Assembly (NCBI GenBank): GCA_964270895.1
Contig: OZ185443.1
DNA: 64,000 nt
From: Podarcis filfolensis
Taxonomy: Eukaryota
Strand: one strand, 5' to 3'
The first letter of the stretch is position 1; each line of letters starts with the position of its first letter. Below, piece by piece: positions 13,585 to 25,904 of the stretch. Below the pieces are notes generated by a model. The model saw nothing but the letters and a program-made list of their open reading frames with translations. It was not told the origin of the DNA and did no database searches. The translations under genes and the position numbers were made by a program.

Positions 13585-15254
13585 GGAACTGCAGTTTCTG
13601 AAGGGTCTTGGAAAACATAGTTTAGTGATGGATAAGGGTTCGGGGCAGGGGGTGATGTGCTTTGATTGTGTGGTATGTATGCAGCGTCTGGCTTTCCAGA
13701 GGTACTCCCGTTTGCTCTCAGTAGGCTGGGCCAGGCTGCTGCAGTCCCACTGTTTTATACACAGAAGCAGAAAGCCCAGACAGAAAACCTTAGTTTAGCT
13801 GAATGTCAAACTGCACATTTTGAGATCCAGATACTGTTTAATTTACATTTCCTAGCAATCTTATACAGAGGTGAAAAAGGCCCAATGTGGGTCTGAGTCT
13901 TTTAGCAGTGTGGAGTTTTGGAAATTGCATTTTAAAATATTAACGTGCATACTCACGCAACACTTTTTTCGACCCCTTGTCAAAAATAATATGAGAACAA
14001 GTGCTGAAGTGGTGTTTTGACATCTCTAATGCTTTCCTGTTTGGTTAGTTTTGAAGTATTAAAGATGTGTAGGCTTGAACTATTAATCCTGAATGTGAGA
14101 GTGGCACCAAGACTCAACCTGAAGTTATGAAACAAAACATCAGCTGATGTTACCCTTGGTACCTGCCACCAAACATTGTCGCATTTCTATTTGTCTGAGA
14201 AGGGAGGGGGCATTGTTATGCCTTGGATGCTCGAGTGGGGAATTTATGGACATTTTTAAATTATAAAATGGTTGTTCTTGTCAGGTTCCCAGTTTAAAAT
14301 CCATTATGGGTCAGGAAGAGGAGGCTAGTTGGTAATTTGAGGGGCAAATGTACAAAGTTGGTTGACATTCTGAGTCTTTAATTATAGTTGTAGTTTAATA
14401 ATAAATTTTGGAGCTATGGTTTTAGATAACTGATGTTTGTGATCACTGATCTGCTGTTTCAAAGTGCAAATTAGCAGCATTAGAATTCTGTTAGAATTTT
14501 GCTACAAGTGTTCCAGATTTTAAAATATCCAGATTTAACATAGCATCATTAAGTCCAGTGTATTGGGGATGATCTGCTACATATATTAACCTTGTTTTGT
14601 TGCTAGGTGAATTAAATGCTGTAAAAGTCTCTTTATTTATCTCTACCACTTTGCCTTAATCACTTTCTCAGTAAGGTGTATACAACTATGTTGTAACCAC
14701 TTTGATCATAGAAATGATAAATGTTAGTAACACCTCAGTGAATCTTGGGGGGGGGGTATTTCAATAGCAATAAGATGTGTCCCAGATTTCTTTAAAATAT
14801 CTTAAGGAGTGTCATTTTCAGACATTCAAAGGTGCAAGGAGCAAAGCTGCAAAATTAGACTTTGCCTACTGTTCTAACTCTTCATTGCAGTGCTAACTCC
14901 AGATGGCCAGAGAACAACAAACATAGAGACCAGGAGGCCAGCATAATATTTGCAAGAGACTGCATTAGAAGGAACAAACTTTGCTCAACAGTGTGCTGCT
15001 ACCAAACTATATACAAACGTGAAACCAGCGAGATGAACCTAGTTTCCTTTCCCTGCTGGTCTCCCCCAGGACTGATCCAGCCAATACAACCATTTCTAAA
15101 TCACTTTAATTCCTGCTTACATTATAACCAAGTCCTATGAGGGGAAAGGTTGAAGGAATTGGGCATGTTTAGCCAGGAAAACAGACAATTAAGAAAATTA
15201 CAAGAAAAGGATTCAGACTAAACAATTAGGAAGTTCGAGCTGCTTGAGAGCGTC

Positions 15255-15600
15255 AATAAAAATTTCATTTATGAATCACTTCCCATGAGCCATCCCAAAG
15301 CAATTCGCAATATAATAAAAACACATATAAAACAGTTACATGTATAAAAACCTGTAAAGCAATTGCATGTATGAAAATACTTATATATCACACACAGAGA
15401 GATTTTAAGGCAACAATAGCACATTCATAAAATCAATTCAAATCCAATACACATGCCAACTGGGATAAAACTCTCCATTTAGAAGGCTTGTTGAAGGAGG
15501 AAGGCCTTTAGCAAGCAGAGAAGATGCCTGCCTGGTATTTAATGGGAGTTCCCAAAGCTATCTTCCACCACATTAAAGGCGTTGCATGGAATGGACCTCC
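15255..15600 (-). mobile_element. Old L2 3' fragment
   Basis: AT-rich tail followed by aaggcttgttgaaggaggaaggcctttagca...tgcctggtatttaatgggagttccc, an L2-like 3' ORF2/UTR pattern. Confidence 0.5.
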
Positions 15601-16073
15601 TGATAGGATGGTATCTGCAGGAGACCCTCTCCTGTAGAACACAGTGATTGGTTGGGTGTTTAGCGGAGGTAGATGGCCATGCAAGTGGTAATAGTGAAGC
15701 TGAAGCTAAGCCACAGCAAAGCAGGTCCTGGGAGTTCTTGATGGTGGGACTCTTCTGAGGTATGGGATGACCAAAGTGTGTAGAAGTACACTTTGTGTAG
15801 AGGTATGGGATGACCTCAAAGTGTATAGAAAGGTCCCAGGATCATTTTGCATCGACTCTGCTCCTTTTGAGATTCTAAAGCCAAGATGTATGCAACCATT
15901 TCGTTTTATTACCCAACATTTTGACCCAGCAGCATGTATACTTCAAAGGTAAGGTCATGCAGCCTTTCCCATTCCCATGCTAATGAGCACAATGTCTGCT
16001 GCTGTTAACAGTTCAAACAGCGTTTCCCCCCAATTCTGAAATAAATATGGGGATATTGATTGTGTTCTGGCAG

Positions 16074-16217
16074 GACTGATTGTTCGAGAAGTCAGCATTG
16101 AGATTTCCCGCCAGCAAGTTGAAGAACTCTTCGGGCCAGAAGATTACTGGTGCCAGTGTGTGGCTTGGAGCTCAGCAGGTACTACGAAGAGCCGGAAGGC
16201 CTACGTTCGTATCGCAT
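16074..16217 (+). CDS. UNC5C: UNC5C coding exon (human exon 3 equivalent), C-terminal half of Ig1; 144 nt, phase 1-1
   Basis: ttctggcag|GA CTG ATT GTT CGA...GTT CGT ATC GCA T|gtaagt translates (G)[47 protein letters not shown](Y), matching vertebrate UNC5C as recalled. Not shown in the ORF track because the frame has no start codon. Confidence 0.97.
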
Positions 16218-16234
16218 GTAAGTATTCATGCTTC

Positions 16235-16259
16235 TGCATGGCTCTGCCTTGTTTGCATG
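16235..16259 (+). promoter_or_regulatory. Two UGCAUG (RBFOX) motifs just downstream of the exon-3 donor
   Basis: tgcatg at 16235-16240 and 16254-16259; a third GCATG (16214-16218) overlaps the 5' splice site. Confidence 0.45.
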
Positions 16260-16319
16260 ATCGAACTTTGCATCGCACTACTTAAGTCAAAAGGACCGAA
16301 GTTCCTTTTATAGGAGTAT

Positions 16320-16447
16320 AAGAAGCTGCCTTACACTGAGACCATAGGCCCATACAACCCTGTATTGTCTGCGCTCTCCAGAATTTCAGATAAGGAGTCT
16401 TTTCCAAGGTGTACCTGGAGATGCTGTACCGCTGAGCTATACCCTTT
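16320..16447 (-). mobile_element. Internally deleted tRNA-headed SINE with CR1-like tail (Squam2-like)
   Basis: agaagctgccttacactgag...ctctccagaatttcag...cctggagatgc...actgagcta-like pattern shared with copies at about 20800-20925, 48530-48605, 55165-55502 and 60780-61445. Confidence 0.6.
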
Positions 16448-17859
16448 CTCTCAAAGGGAAACATATCTACACACTCTGCATTAGTGTAATGTGTAGTTTG
16501 ACCCTCAGTCTTCATTGCTGCTGGGAATGAAGGTTAGAAGGATAAGCCTTCATAGAAAAGGTGCACTATGAAGACGTATCTGAATGCAAATCTCCATTGC
16601 ACAACCTGAGATTTTAATTACTGATAAAACCCCAACACAATTACTTGTCAAACACAACCGGCAGAGCTTTTCAAATTTGTGGCTCACCTTCCAGTATTTA
16701 TTTTCTCGGCTGAATGTACATTACAAAAACCCACAGAATAAGTGAGACTTTTAAGTCCACTGTGAACATTTCTTTCAGCACTGCAGATGAAATTAAAATG
16801 AATAGTGTTTTCCAAATTCACAAATCAGAATTGGGTATTTATTTCCCTTGACAGATACTTGAACTTAAGAGTCGTGCTATGTGGATCCATTAATCTGTCA
16901 GATTTGAAGTGCAGTGCAAGTAATGGTCTTCAACCCAGAGAAATTGCCTGTAGTCAAACAAACAGTTATTATATCCAAATAAACCTTCTGTCAGGATGTA
17001 TGCAATCCCAGAGTGGAAGATTAGATATATGCAACCATTTCATTGCACTGTGAATAAAGTCTGAATAAAGAATGGATGTGGCCTATTTTGCCTTAATCAG
17101 AAGAGAATAAGGCTGTAAAAAACCCTGTCTTTGCCCTATTGACACTCATATTAATATTAAATTTTCTCTTCTCCCATCACATCTGTACTGCCCTGCTTCT
17201 CCTGACACAATTCAAGGCAAGCAGATCTTAGAAACACAGATATCCATCTTATTATACAAATATTTAATTTTCATTAATTTTCAAAGGGAGGACTGTCTTT
17301 CAAATGCTGTATTTGCTCTGGAGACTCTCATTTCACTACCATGTGGATGAAATGAGTTTACCCTGACTTACAGTGGAAGTAAGCCACATTACTCAGAGTC
17401 AGGTTTTCTTTGCCTTTGGGGAAATGAAACAAAACAGCTTTTGGTGAATGCTCACTAGAAGCTGGCTATCTGTCTGGCATTTAGCCTGACATTTTAGTGA
17501 AAAAGAATTTCACTTCTAGTAATGTGAATGAATTATCCAGGAAAAAACCGTTATTGGGATGTACAGTTTTTCCAAGAGGTACTCTTGCTCTGGAGGCTAT
17601 CAGAAGAATTCGTAAATGAGAAATTAAGGCACAGTGAGGTTTTAAAACTGAAAATAGGCCTTGTTCCTGTGCTCACTTATTTCATACTGACAATCATCCC
17701 TGCTTTTCCTGAATCATATTTAGTCTTATTTCCAATTATGCTTCTTGCTTTTGATTAACATTGGTAGAAAATTAAAGATGAATAAGTGGTTGTCCAGTCT
17801 TTCAGAATAATTTCTAGTGGTGCCCCAACTGAGAGGAGCACACAGGACTGCTTCAGATG

Positions 17860-18190
17860 TTCATAGATTCATAGGTTCATAGAATTGTAGAGTAGGAAGG
17901 GACCTTGAGGATCATATAGCCGAGGGATTGTCAACCTGGTCACTACCACCCACCAGTGGCCGTTTTAGGATTCTAGGTGGGTGTTAGGGGGTTCTACAGC
18001 ATAAGCTGAATCCTCCTCCCACCAAGCACTGGTGGGCGGTAAGGAAATTTCACCATCAAGAAAGATGCATTAGTGGGCGGTAGGTATAAAAAGGTTGACT
18101 AGCTACAATGTGGAAATATGCAGCTGTCCCATACGGGGATCAAACCTGCAAGCTTTGTTTTATCATCACCATGCTCTAATCAACTGAACT
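17860..18190 (-). mobile_element. tRNA-head/CR1-tail SINE interrupted by a hAT MITE (about 17921-18103)
   Basis: CR1 tail (catagattcataggttcatagaattgtagagt...gggaccttgaggatcat) on the left and tRNA-like head (ggggatcaaacctgc...atgctctaatcaactgaac) on the right, split by an element with gtcaacct/aggttgac terminal inverted motifs. Confidence 0.6.
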
Positions 18191-18494
18191 TTCCAGACAC
18201 ATGTTTTATCTCGTGATGGCTGCCTCATCAAGTGATGACTCCCATATGTAAATATTCATCATCGCATACTTATTTCCATAGGATTCACTTTTGTATGACC
18301 TTACACACCACACTTTTCTATGTGTTTACACATTCAGATGCCAGCCATCAAGTGTACAGCAATCAAATGTATAAAAAAAAATCAAGTGATGTGCATGCAT
18401 GTGTGAACTGACAAATGATACAACTCCTTCACTATCTTAACTTTCCATCTGCAGTTACAAAAAAGAGAAAAGAATAAAAAATAGAAAAGGGCAA

Positions 18495-18678
18495 TCATGA
18501 TCTACTGGTAGATCACTAGACATCTGTGGTAGATCACTGGTAGATCACTGCCCCACCAGGAAGTTTTGCCCTCAACAACTCACAGCTCAACAACTTTGAC
18601 CTGAACCCCCCCCCTGCCAGTTTTTAACAGTAGCTCACTGCCAGTTTTTAACAGTCTCTTGGGAGTTGGCCACCCCTG
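18495..18678. mobile_element. hAT (Charlie-like) MITE remnant with internal direct repeats
   Basis: Right end gagttggccacccctg followed by ctctagac; three tggtagatcact repeats (about 18507-18550) and an 18-bp duplication ctgccagtttttaacagt (18614-18631, 18638-18655). Confidence 0.55.
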
Positions 18679-18984
18679 CTCTAGACACATTGGCAAAGGG
18701 AGTTCTACTATTAAATAAAAAATGGGATGATGCTCTCCAGCTTTACCCCTACATATTTCACCCAGGATGCTTGCCCAGAAAAATTATGTTAGTGGCTCTA
18801 GAGTTATATCAAGGGATAGGATCTGCAGGTGTTATTACATAGTCTATGGAGTGCAAAGTTCTGCAGTATACTACGTTTTCCACATTTAAGATCCCAGGGT
18901 ACTCTAGTTGACAGGGTCACAGGGTTTGGCAGGAGTCTTTGGGGTTTTGTCTGAGACCCTGAAGAACAGCTGCCAGTCAGATGA

Positions 18985-19315
18985 TTTCTTCATGCAATGC
19001 ATAGTTAGTTTATGGAACTTGCTGCAGCAAGATATGACAGTGGCCACTGGCTTTGATGGCTTTAAAAGGGATCAAAAACATCCATGGAGAATAGTGTATC
19101 AATGGCTATTAGCCGGGAGAACTAGAAAGAATCTCCAGATTCAGAATATATATGAATTCCAGTTGCCGGAGGAGAAACAGCAAGGGAGAGCTTTTGTCAC
19201 CATGTCGTGCTTGTGGGCTGCTGAGAACCATCTGGACAGCAGCTGTTAAGAAACAGAATGCTTGACTAGACATTTCATGTTCTGATCCAGCAAGGTTCTT
19301 CTTTTGTTCCTACAA
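18985..19315 (+). mobile_element. CR1 LINE 3' fragment (ORF2 end + 3' UTR)
   Basis: Track ORF 18908..19249 contains SLWNLLQQDMTVATGFDGFKR, resembling the CR1 ORF2 terminus LWNSLPxEVV.A..LDGFKR; ends ...ctgatccagcaaggttcttcttttgttcct. Related 3' UTR piece at about 50480-50650. Confidence 0.7.
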
Positions 19316-21832
19316 GATTTTGTAGAGCAGGGGATCTGCAAAATGTTTCTGTTAAGTATGCATTCATTCACTGAAAGCCTTTAGTAAGGTTTAGTAAGGT
19401 AACTGAAGGCTATAGTAAGGTTTAGAAGGGCAAGCAATTAAATGACAACTGAGCCCTCGTGTATTCCAGGAAACCCTAACGTAAGTATTTAACAAGACAT
19501 ATATATCTGGCATTCTGCTGAGATTATACTTCTAGTAGCAAACAAATATTGCAGCCTTTGGGGACTTTCATGACAGATGAACGCTAAACTTATCCCTTCC
19601 AAGTGCTAGCAGTGAGCCCAAGATCAATTTAGAAATGTTTCATAAGTTTATTCTAAGATGATAAAAATAAAACTACATTAAATTATGAAGTGGATTTCAG
19701 TGCCTTGTCAGGGAATGTGTGACAGATTGCTACCATGTTACATTTAACTGGCATTATTGTGATGTAATGTAACAAGGCAAAATTGTTAAAGCCATGTGTA
19801 TGTAATCACATGTCATTTGCAGTGAGATATACTGATGTCAGCTCTCCCTTGCTAAGCTGAAATTCTCTGAATGCTTCTCATACGTTCGATTTATTGTTTC
19901 CATTCAACCAGTCATGTGCTGGTTGGCTTTTACAACAGCAGCACACAACACCATCATGGTTCCTGGTCAGCTGACAACTGCAAGCTAATTGGGACAATAC
20001 CCTGAACTTTTCATGGTAGAATTATGTTGTCCAGTGTTTATAATTCAATACGTATTTATTTGTTTTACAAATAATCTTGCATATAAAATTGTCATTCAGA
20101 TTGAAGTGACGGATCTTTCAAGCTACTCTTTTAAGAGAGGAAGAAAAACAAAAACAAACTATGAAATGCAAAATGTGATAGTACCAAGGTGACATTGGGT
20201 GTATCGCACTCTCCTAATTTAGAAGTGAGTTTCAGTTTCTGATATTAAAATTTATGCTTTCAGGCTTCTTTGTGCAGGTGAATTACTGTTCTCAGTTATG
20301 TTGGATAATTAGCCAGTGCCAAATCCTTCAGCTTCTGTTGACAGATTTTTTTGTTGTTGTATTATCAAACCTTTGGCCTGAAATGAGAAGTGGCAGAAGT
20401 ACGTTTACTGAAAATTTAATGAGAGTTCTTTTCACATTTCAATATACAGAACTGTGCTAACAAGTCACACCCAACTTAACTTACAACGGGGACACATAGA
20501 TAGAGGTCCTGACCACAACAGCACAACCTCCCACTTCTGCTGCTCCACTCCTGGTACGCAGAACCACACCACCTCCAACTGTTTAAAAGTTACATAGCTA
20601 TCATAGCTAGGACCCATTGACAGCTTTATTCTTTATGAAGTTGTCTAATCTCTTTTTAAAGCCTTCCAAGTTGACAGCCATCACTATATGCCATGGTAGT
20701 GAATGCCATAGGGTTTCTTTTACAGCAGCTGCATGCTGGGTTAACATCATCAAGTTATCCACTGCAACTCCAAGATCATCACCAGTTCAGATCCCATTAT
20801 ACGGTTTCAGACCATTGGTCCATCTAGCTCAGTGTTAACAATGACTTGCAGTGGCTTTCCAGAGTTTCAGACAAGAATCTTTTCCACCCTACTTGGAGAT
20901 GCTGGCAGATTGAACCTGGCATATTTTGCCTAAAAACCATATGCTCTTTTGAGCTTCAGCACTTCCCCTGTAATGGCCGATGAGCTGTCCTTCTGTGGAT
21001 TGATAATTTGGCTTCCATACTGGCCAAGTAAGCTCTGAGCACAAGGATCAGACCCATATGAAGTGGGATCCTTCTCAAGCACCATTTGATGATGACAAAA
21101 GGCAAGGAGTGATGTGTCTAAGCCACAGTTTCTGCAACTGATGCTCACAGGACACCCTAAGTTTGCTAAGAATCCAGGAGTGACTGAGATAGCTGTCCGA
21201 AGGAGCATGCTGAAGCTAAAGAGCTCTGGACTGATAAATTGTCTGGATAGTAGATCAGCCATAAAACATATAGGTGTAGCTCGACATGTTCAGCTATGTC
21301 TTGTGCATATATACTACTGCATGGGTACTTATATGACTTTGGGGGACATTATGGCGACTAAAAGTCAATGGGTGGCAAGTGGTTCTGGGGGGGAAATAAA
21401 AAGTTTCAATCAGTTCTATCTCTAAACCCCTTGCTGCTCTAATAAACCAAAATCTCTCAAGTCACATCCGGTTTAGCAGCACTTTTTATACTTTATACGT
21501 TGTCTTTCAATTTCATCTATGACTACGAAACTAGCTTAGATTGATTAAATTTCAGCCAACACCAGTTATAAGCAGTCGCTCTTTGTGCTGTTTCAGCTTT
21601 TGCTTTAAAACTGCTATGCCGCAGATGCTTAAGAGCCCATAAGCATTTTTTAAAAATGTTTTATTTGAACCCAGGTTGATAATTAGTAGATTTGCTAATG
21701 AGCTGAATTTGGTGGCTACTTGTTAGCAGTGGCATCCAAAAATTAAATGTGCTCTGGACTGAAGAATAAAACAAGCAAAATGCATTTGCTAAACAGCATA
21801 ATGGGCAAACATCTATTTCAAACATATCCATG

Positions 21833-21944
21833 CACTGGTGGAGGAAGAGGAGTGCGGGGGGAGCGCTCCACCCCCGGGACGTGTGCCAGCCCCACCCATG
21901 CCTGCTCTCCACCCCCAGTGCCGGAGCATGAAGCTCCGCCACTG
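21833..21944. mobile_element. 112-bp GC-rich hAT (Tip100-like) MITE
   Basis: TIRs cactggtggag / ctccgccactg; 8-bp TSD tatccatg (21825-21832) and tatccacg (21945-21952). Confidence 0.8.
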
Positions 21945-22670
21945 TATCCACGGTTGGGGATTTACAGTCTGATTCTATTCACGTTGATCTACTAAACTCA
22001 GAATGCACAGGTAGCAGTCTCTCTCTTGGCCTCTCTCTCTCTCTCTGATAAAAATATCTAGTTGAATAACAAGACAAATTGTCTTTACCCCTCCCCAACT
22101 CAAATGCAATGTCAAGAAAAGTGCCGATAATCAGACTAGTGGCCCTGCAAAGCCTTGTTTCACTGTTATTCCGTATGCCTCCACTCTCTACTTTTCTGTG
22201 CACTTGGGTGGAATTCAGTCTTGTGCTGTTACAAATATTTCATGTGTGCAAGCATTTCAGCTTGTAATATGGAATGCTCCCCCTGTGCACTGTTCTAGGG
22301 GTTCTTCCAGCTTCCCGCCAAGCCAGTTTCAAGGGTGTTCAGGAAGGAGAGGGGGAAAGCCCCGTTGCACAAGTAGATGTCCTTGAGCAGGGCTTCCACT
22401 GAAGTGGCTCATTAGCCAAATCCTGCCCTAGATCTATAGGTCCATGGGCTTTGCAAGAAAGTGGGCTCTCTAAATGCTGCCCAGAGAGCACTAAAGAGCT
22501 TTGGATGGTTTTGTTAAAGCAAAGCAGCAGATGGTTTCTTTAAAAAGTTGAACTCTTTATTTATCTTTTAAAAACAAAAACAAAACTTCCACTGCTTTGA
22601 TTGGAGGAAAAAAATCTTCTGCAGAGAGCATGGAGGACTACTGCATTTTATAATGCCTCTTAGGGGGTGC

Positions 22671-23151
22671 AGTTACAGATAGGTAGCCATGTTGGTCTGC
22701 CATAGTCAAAACAAAACAAAAATTTTCCTTCCAGTAGCACCTTAAAGACCAACTAAGTTAGTTCTTGGTATGAGCTTTCGTGTGCATGCACACTTCTTCA
22801 GATACACTGAAACAGAAGTTGCCAGATCCTTCTATATAGTGAGAAGGTGGGGAGGGGTATTACTCAGAAGGGTGGTGGGAATGGGTGGTTGGCAGATAGC
22901 TGTGATGAGCCTGTTGACGACTCTTAATGACTGCAATAGGTCTTACAGGAAAAAGCAAGGGGTGAGAAGGTGAAAAATGGCTTTGTCATGTATAATGAGA
23001 TAAGAATCCAATGTCTTTGTTCAGACCAGGTCTCTCCATGGTTTTAAGTTTGGTAATGAGTTGCAATTCAGCAGCTTCTCTTTCCAGTCTATTTCTGAAA
23101 TTCCTTTGTAGTAATACAGCTACTTTGAGATCTTGTATAGAATGTCCTGGG
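22671..23151 (-). mobile_element. 5'-truncated Penelope-like (Poseidon-type) retroelement
   Basis: Minus-strand PGHSIQDLKVAVLLQRNFRNRLEREAAELQLITKLKTMERPGLNKDIGFLSHYT* is a GIY-YIG endonuclease C-terminus; pLTR with hammerhead; TSD tcttagggggtgc at 22658-22670 and 23156-23168. Confidence 0.88.
22768..22805 (-). ncRNA. Minimal type-I hammerhead ribozyme in the Penelope pLTR
   Basis: Minus strand GUAU-CUGAAGA-A-GUGUGCAUGCACAC-GAAA-GCUC-AUAC: stem I GUAU/AUAC, intact CUGANGA and GAAA cores, palindromic stem II, AGCU palindromic stem III, UC cleavage site. Confidence 0.8.
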
Positions 23152-23463
23152 AATGTCTTAGGGGGTGCTTCATTCAAACACAAAGCTAAGCTGGCTGGGG
23201 TAAAAGCTGCTAAAGTTCAAAAATATGTACAGGCAAGAATACACACCACTCTGCCTGAGATTCTTCATTAGAGGGAACATCTCCCTAAGGGTTTACTCCT
23301 GCTCTCTGACATTTTTGTGGGGGCTGCCCTTTACCTTTTGGCAGAAACATAGATGTATTTGGCTGTTGGCCTTTTCTAAATGTTGGGATTTTGTTGTCTC
23401 AAATTTTTGAAAATTGCATATCTTTCTTACTTGAATTTTGTATTTGTGTATGGCCCTTTGGTG

Positions 23464-23464
<1 letters not shown>

Positions 23465-23507
<43 letters not shown>

Positions 23508-23555
23508 CCCTGCCCATCTGGCTGGGTTTCCCCAGCCACTCTGGGCAGATTACAG
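23465..23555 (-). mobile_element. L2-type 3' tail with (TAT)14 microsatellite
   Basis: (TAT)14 at 23465-23506, then accctgcccatctggctgggtttccccagccactctgggcag. Confidence 0.75.
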
Positions 23556-23886
23556 AATATAAGGGGACTTTTGGAGTCCCATTAAGGGGCTTTTTGGCTG
23601 AAGGCAGCATAGAAATGAATTCCAACAATGCATTTATACACATGAGTGTATGTTACAGATGAAGCCAAAGCCCAACTATGCATTTCCCTCCCACCCCTAG
23701 GTTGTGGCCTGAATACCATATGCCACAGAAATAAATATATTAATAATAATTGAAGAAACTGTGAGTGGGGAGAGGAGCTTTACACACATAATTGGGTTGT
23801 GTACACGCAGGTTTCTCCTATGAGTCAGGTCAGGAATATTATCCTCATATGTCTAATGCCTTGTTTTGACCAGACCAGACCATGTA

Positions 23887-24055
23887 CCGTATTTTTCTGT
23901 GTATTAGATGCCCCCATGTATAAGACACCCCCTGTTTTTGGAGACTCCAAATTAAGAAAACACCCCTCAGCACTACCCGTATATAAAACAAACCCCAATT
24001 TTAAACCTAATTTTTTGGTTTTAAAAAACCTAGTCTTATACATGGAAAAATACGG
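23887..24055. mobile_element. Tc1/mariner (pogo/Tc2-like) MITE, 169 bp
   Basis: TIRs ccgtatttttc..tgtat.aga / tcttatacatggaaaaatacgg, TA on both flanks. Confidence 0.85.
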
Positions 24056-25904
24056 TAATCTGCAATCTATTTGTTCCAGAGGAAAGCTACTAATGTAAAT
24101 GGACTGCAGTTAGTATAGTGTGAATGCAGAAAGTAGTGGGAGAAAAAAACATAATACTTTTATTCTACATCTCACTTGCCTAGGGATTTTTTCATTTTTA
24201 ATAAGTACTATTATGAAGAGTGTTATATTTGGCAGGAGGAAAGATAAACATAAAATGCTCAGTTTTCCTCTACTTTCCTTTAATGGCTGCTTCTGGCAAT
24301 TTCCAGACAAGCCAAACTGTACTACCATGACAGAATTAGTGCTTTTTAGTAATAAATAGTGATGTTTAGGTAGTCATTTCATAGCATGAAATTCAGGGTG
24401 GTGCCAGCTGCTATAAACAGAATCACCATTTGTGGGTTGCCCCACACATGGCGTCAGTACATTCCTCCCAAAATTGTTTTCTGGACATGTGATGAGTATA
24501 CAGTTAGGGAAGGAGTCAGTGAGTAACCCATACAGAGAGTCAGACTTTATGCTAATATTCATCATAAGCTATAAGCTAACTTCAATAGTCTATTTTTAGG
24601 GGGAGGGGAATATATAGATATTGACTTGCCTCCAACTGTGACATTACTTTTCTTTTTTAAATTAAAAGGACTCTCTTCTTGGCAGCTTGCTGTCTTCCAT
24701 GGTAAACATTTTGTGCTGTGTTGGGTTGGGTTGGGTTGGGTTGAGTTCACTAATTCATGGATAATAATAATGGACCCAGCTGTGTAAAAATATAAACTAA
24801 CTAAGATTATTTGGGGAGGGGGGCAATTCTGCGGGAGAGTTATACAACTTCAAATTAAAGTCTCCCGCACATCTCTCGCTGGATCTGTTTGTCCTCAGAA
24901 ACCTAGCGATTTAATTTCCACATCGGCTAACTGCGTGATAGTGAAAGAGGAAGCTTATTTCAGGAAGCTGAATATCAGCTAATGATGACCTAGTTTACTC
25001 CCTTACTATTCTAAGCAGCACCTGGCCAGGTTGTGTTGAAAGGGTGCTAGCAACATCTTCAAATACTGAGACTTGAAACAGATATTCTACAGTGACCGTT
25101 GCTTTAAAAAGGAAAAGAAGGAAGGGGTGTGTCAGAAACGCTTTCACAAAATGACTAACAAAATTCAGTAATTCTAAATTAATTCATGTCAAAAGAGCAA
25201 TCCAGTCTACTTCTGGGACATCATTAGGACTGCAAAGTTCATTGTCATTGTCAGTTTATTTGCATATTGCATTTTCTGCTAGTAAATCTGTGCTCAAAGC
25301 AGTTTTCAGAAAAAATAAATAAATTTAAATACAGTACTGTAATACAATAACAATACATAAGTATAATAATACATGCAATATCACTGCAACACAACACTTA
25401 TAATTAGCAAACAAATAACAGTTCATTTTATCATATATAAACATTGAACTAAGCATAGAGCATACTAATAGGTCAAGTCAAAATACTTTCCACCATTTCT
25501 TCCAGAGAAGTTCAGGGTGGGGTAATGATCCTTTGAGCTGTCAGACTAATGATCCTTAACTTATGCAGTTCAAGGCCCCACCTTCTTCCATCATCCTAGT
25601 CCATGACACTTTTCGTACTGAGTTGCATATCTTCTGCTTTGCAGTTCATTGTGCATTCCTTCCAACCTGCCTTTCCTTTACTCAAATCCCGACCTTCTCC
25701 CCATCCCCTCCAAAAGCTTGTAAAAAAGCACACTGCAAACCTCTATCAAATGTATGGTTGTGAAAATGAGCTACAAGGTTTTAGAATTCTGTCCGTTCTT
25801 TTGGACGATCTAGAAAATTAAATAAATATATCTTTATAGTGTATATTGAAATCAAATCAAGAGTAGCTAAAAAAAATGCCTTTTGAACGAAGAAATCAAT
25901 ATTA

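Noticed and set aside
18495-18660. Short direct repeats as a CRISPR-like or novel array
   Set aside because: Only 2-3 irregular copies inside a hAT MITE in vertebrate DNA; no repeat-spacer periodicity.
23380-23662. Poly-Leu, poly-Ile and poly-Tyr ORFs
   Set aside because: Translations of the (TAT)14 L2-tail microsatellite.
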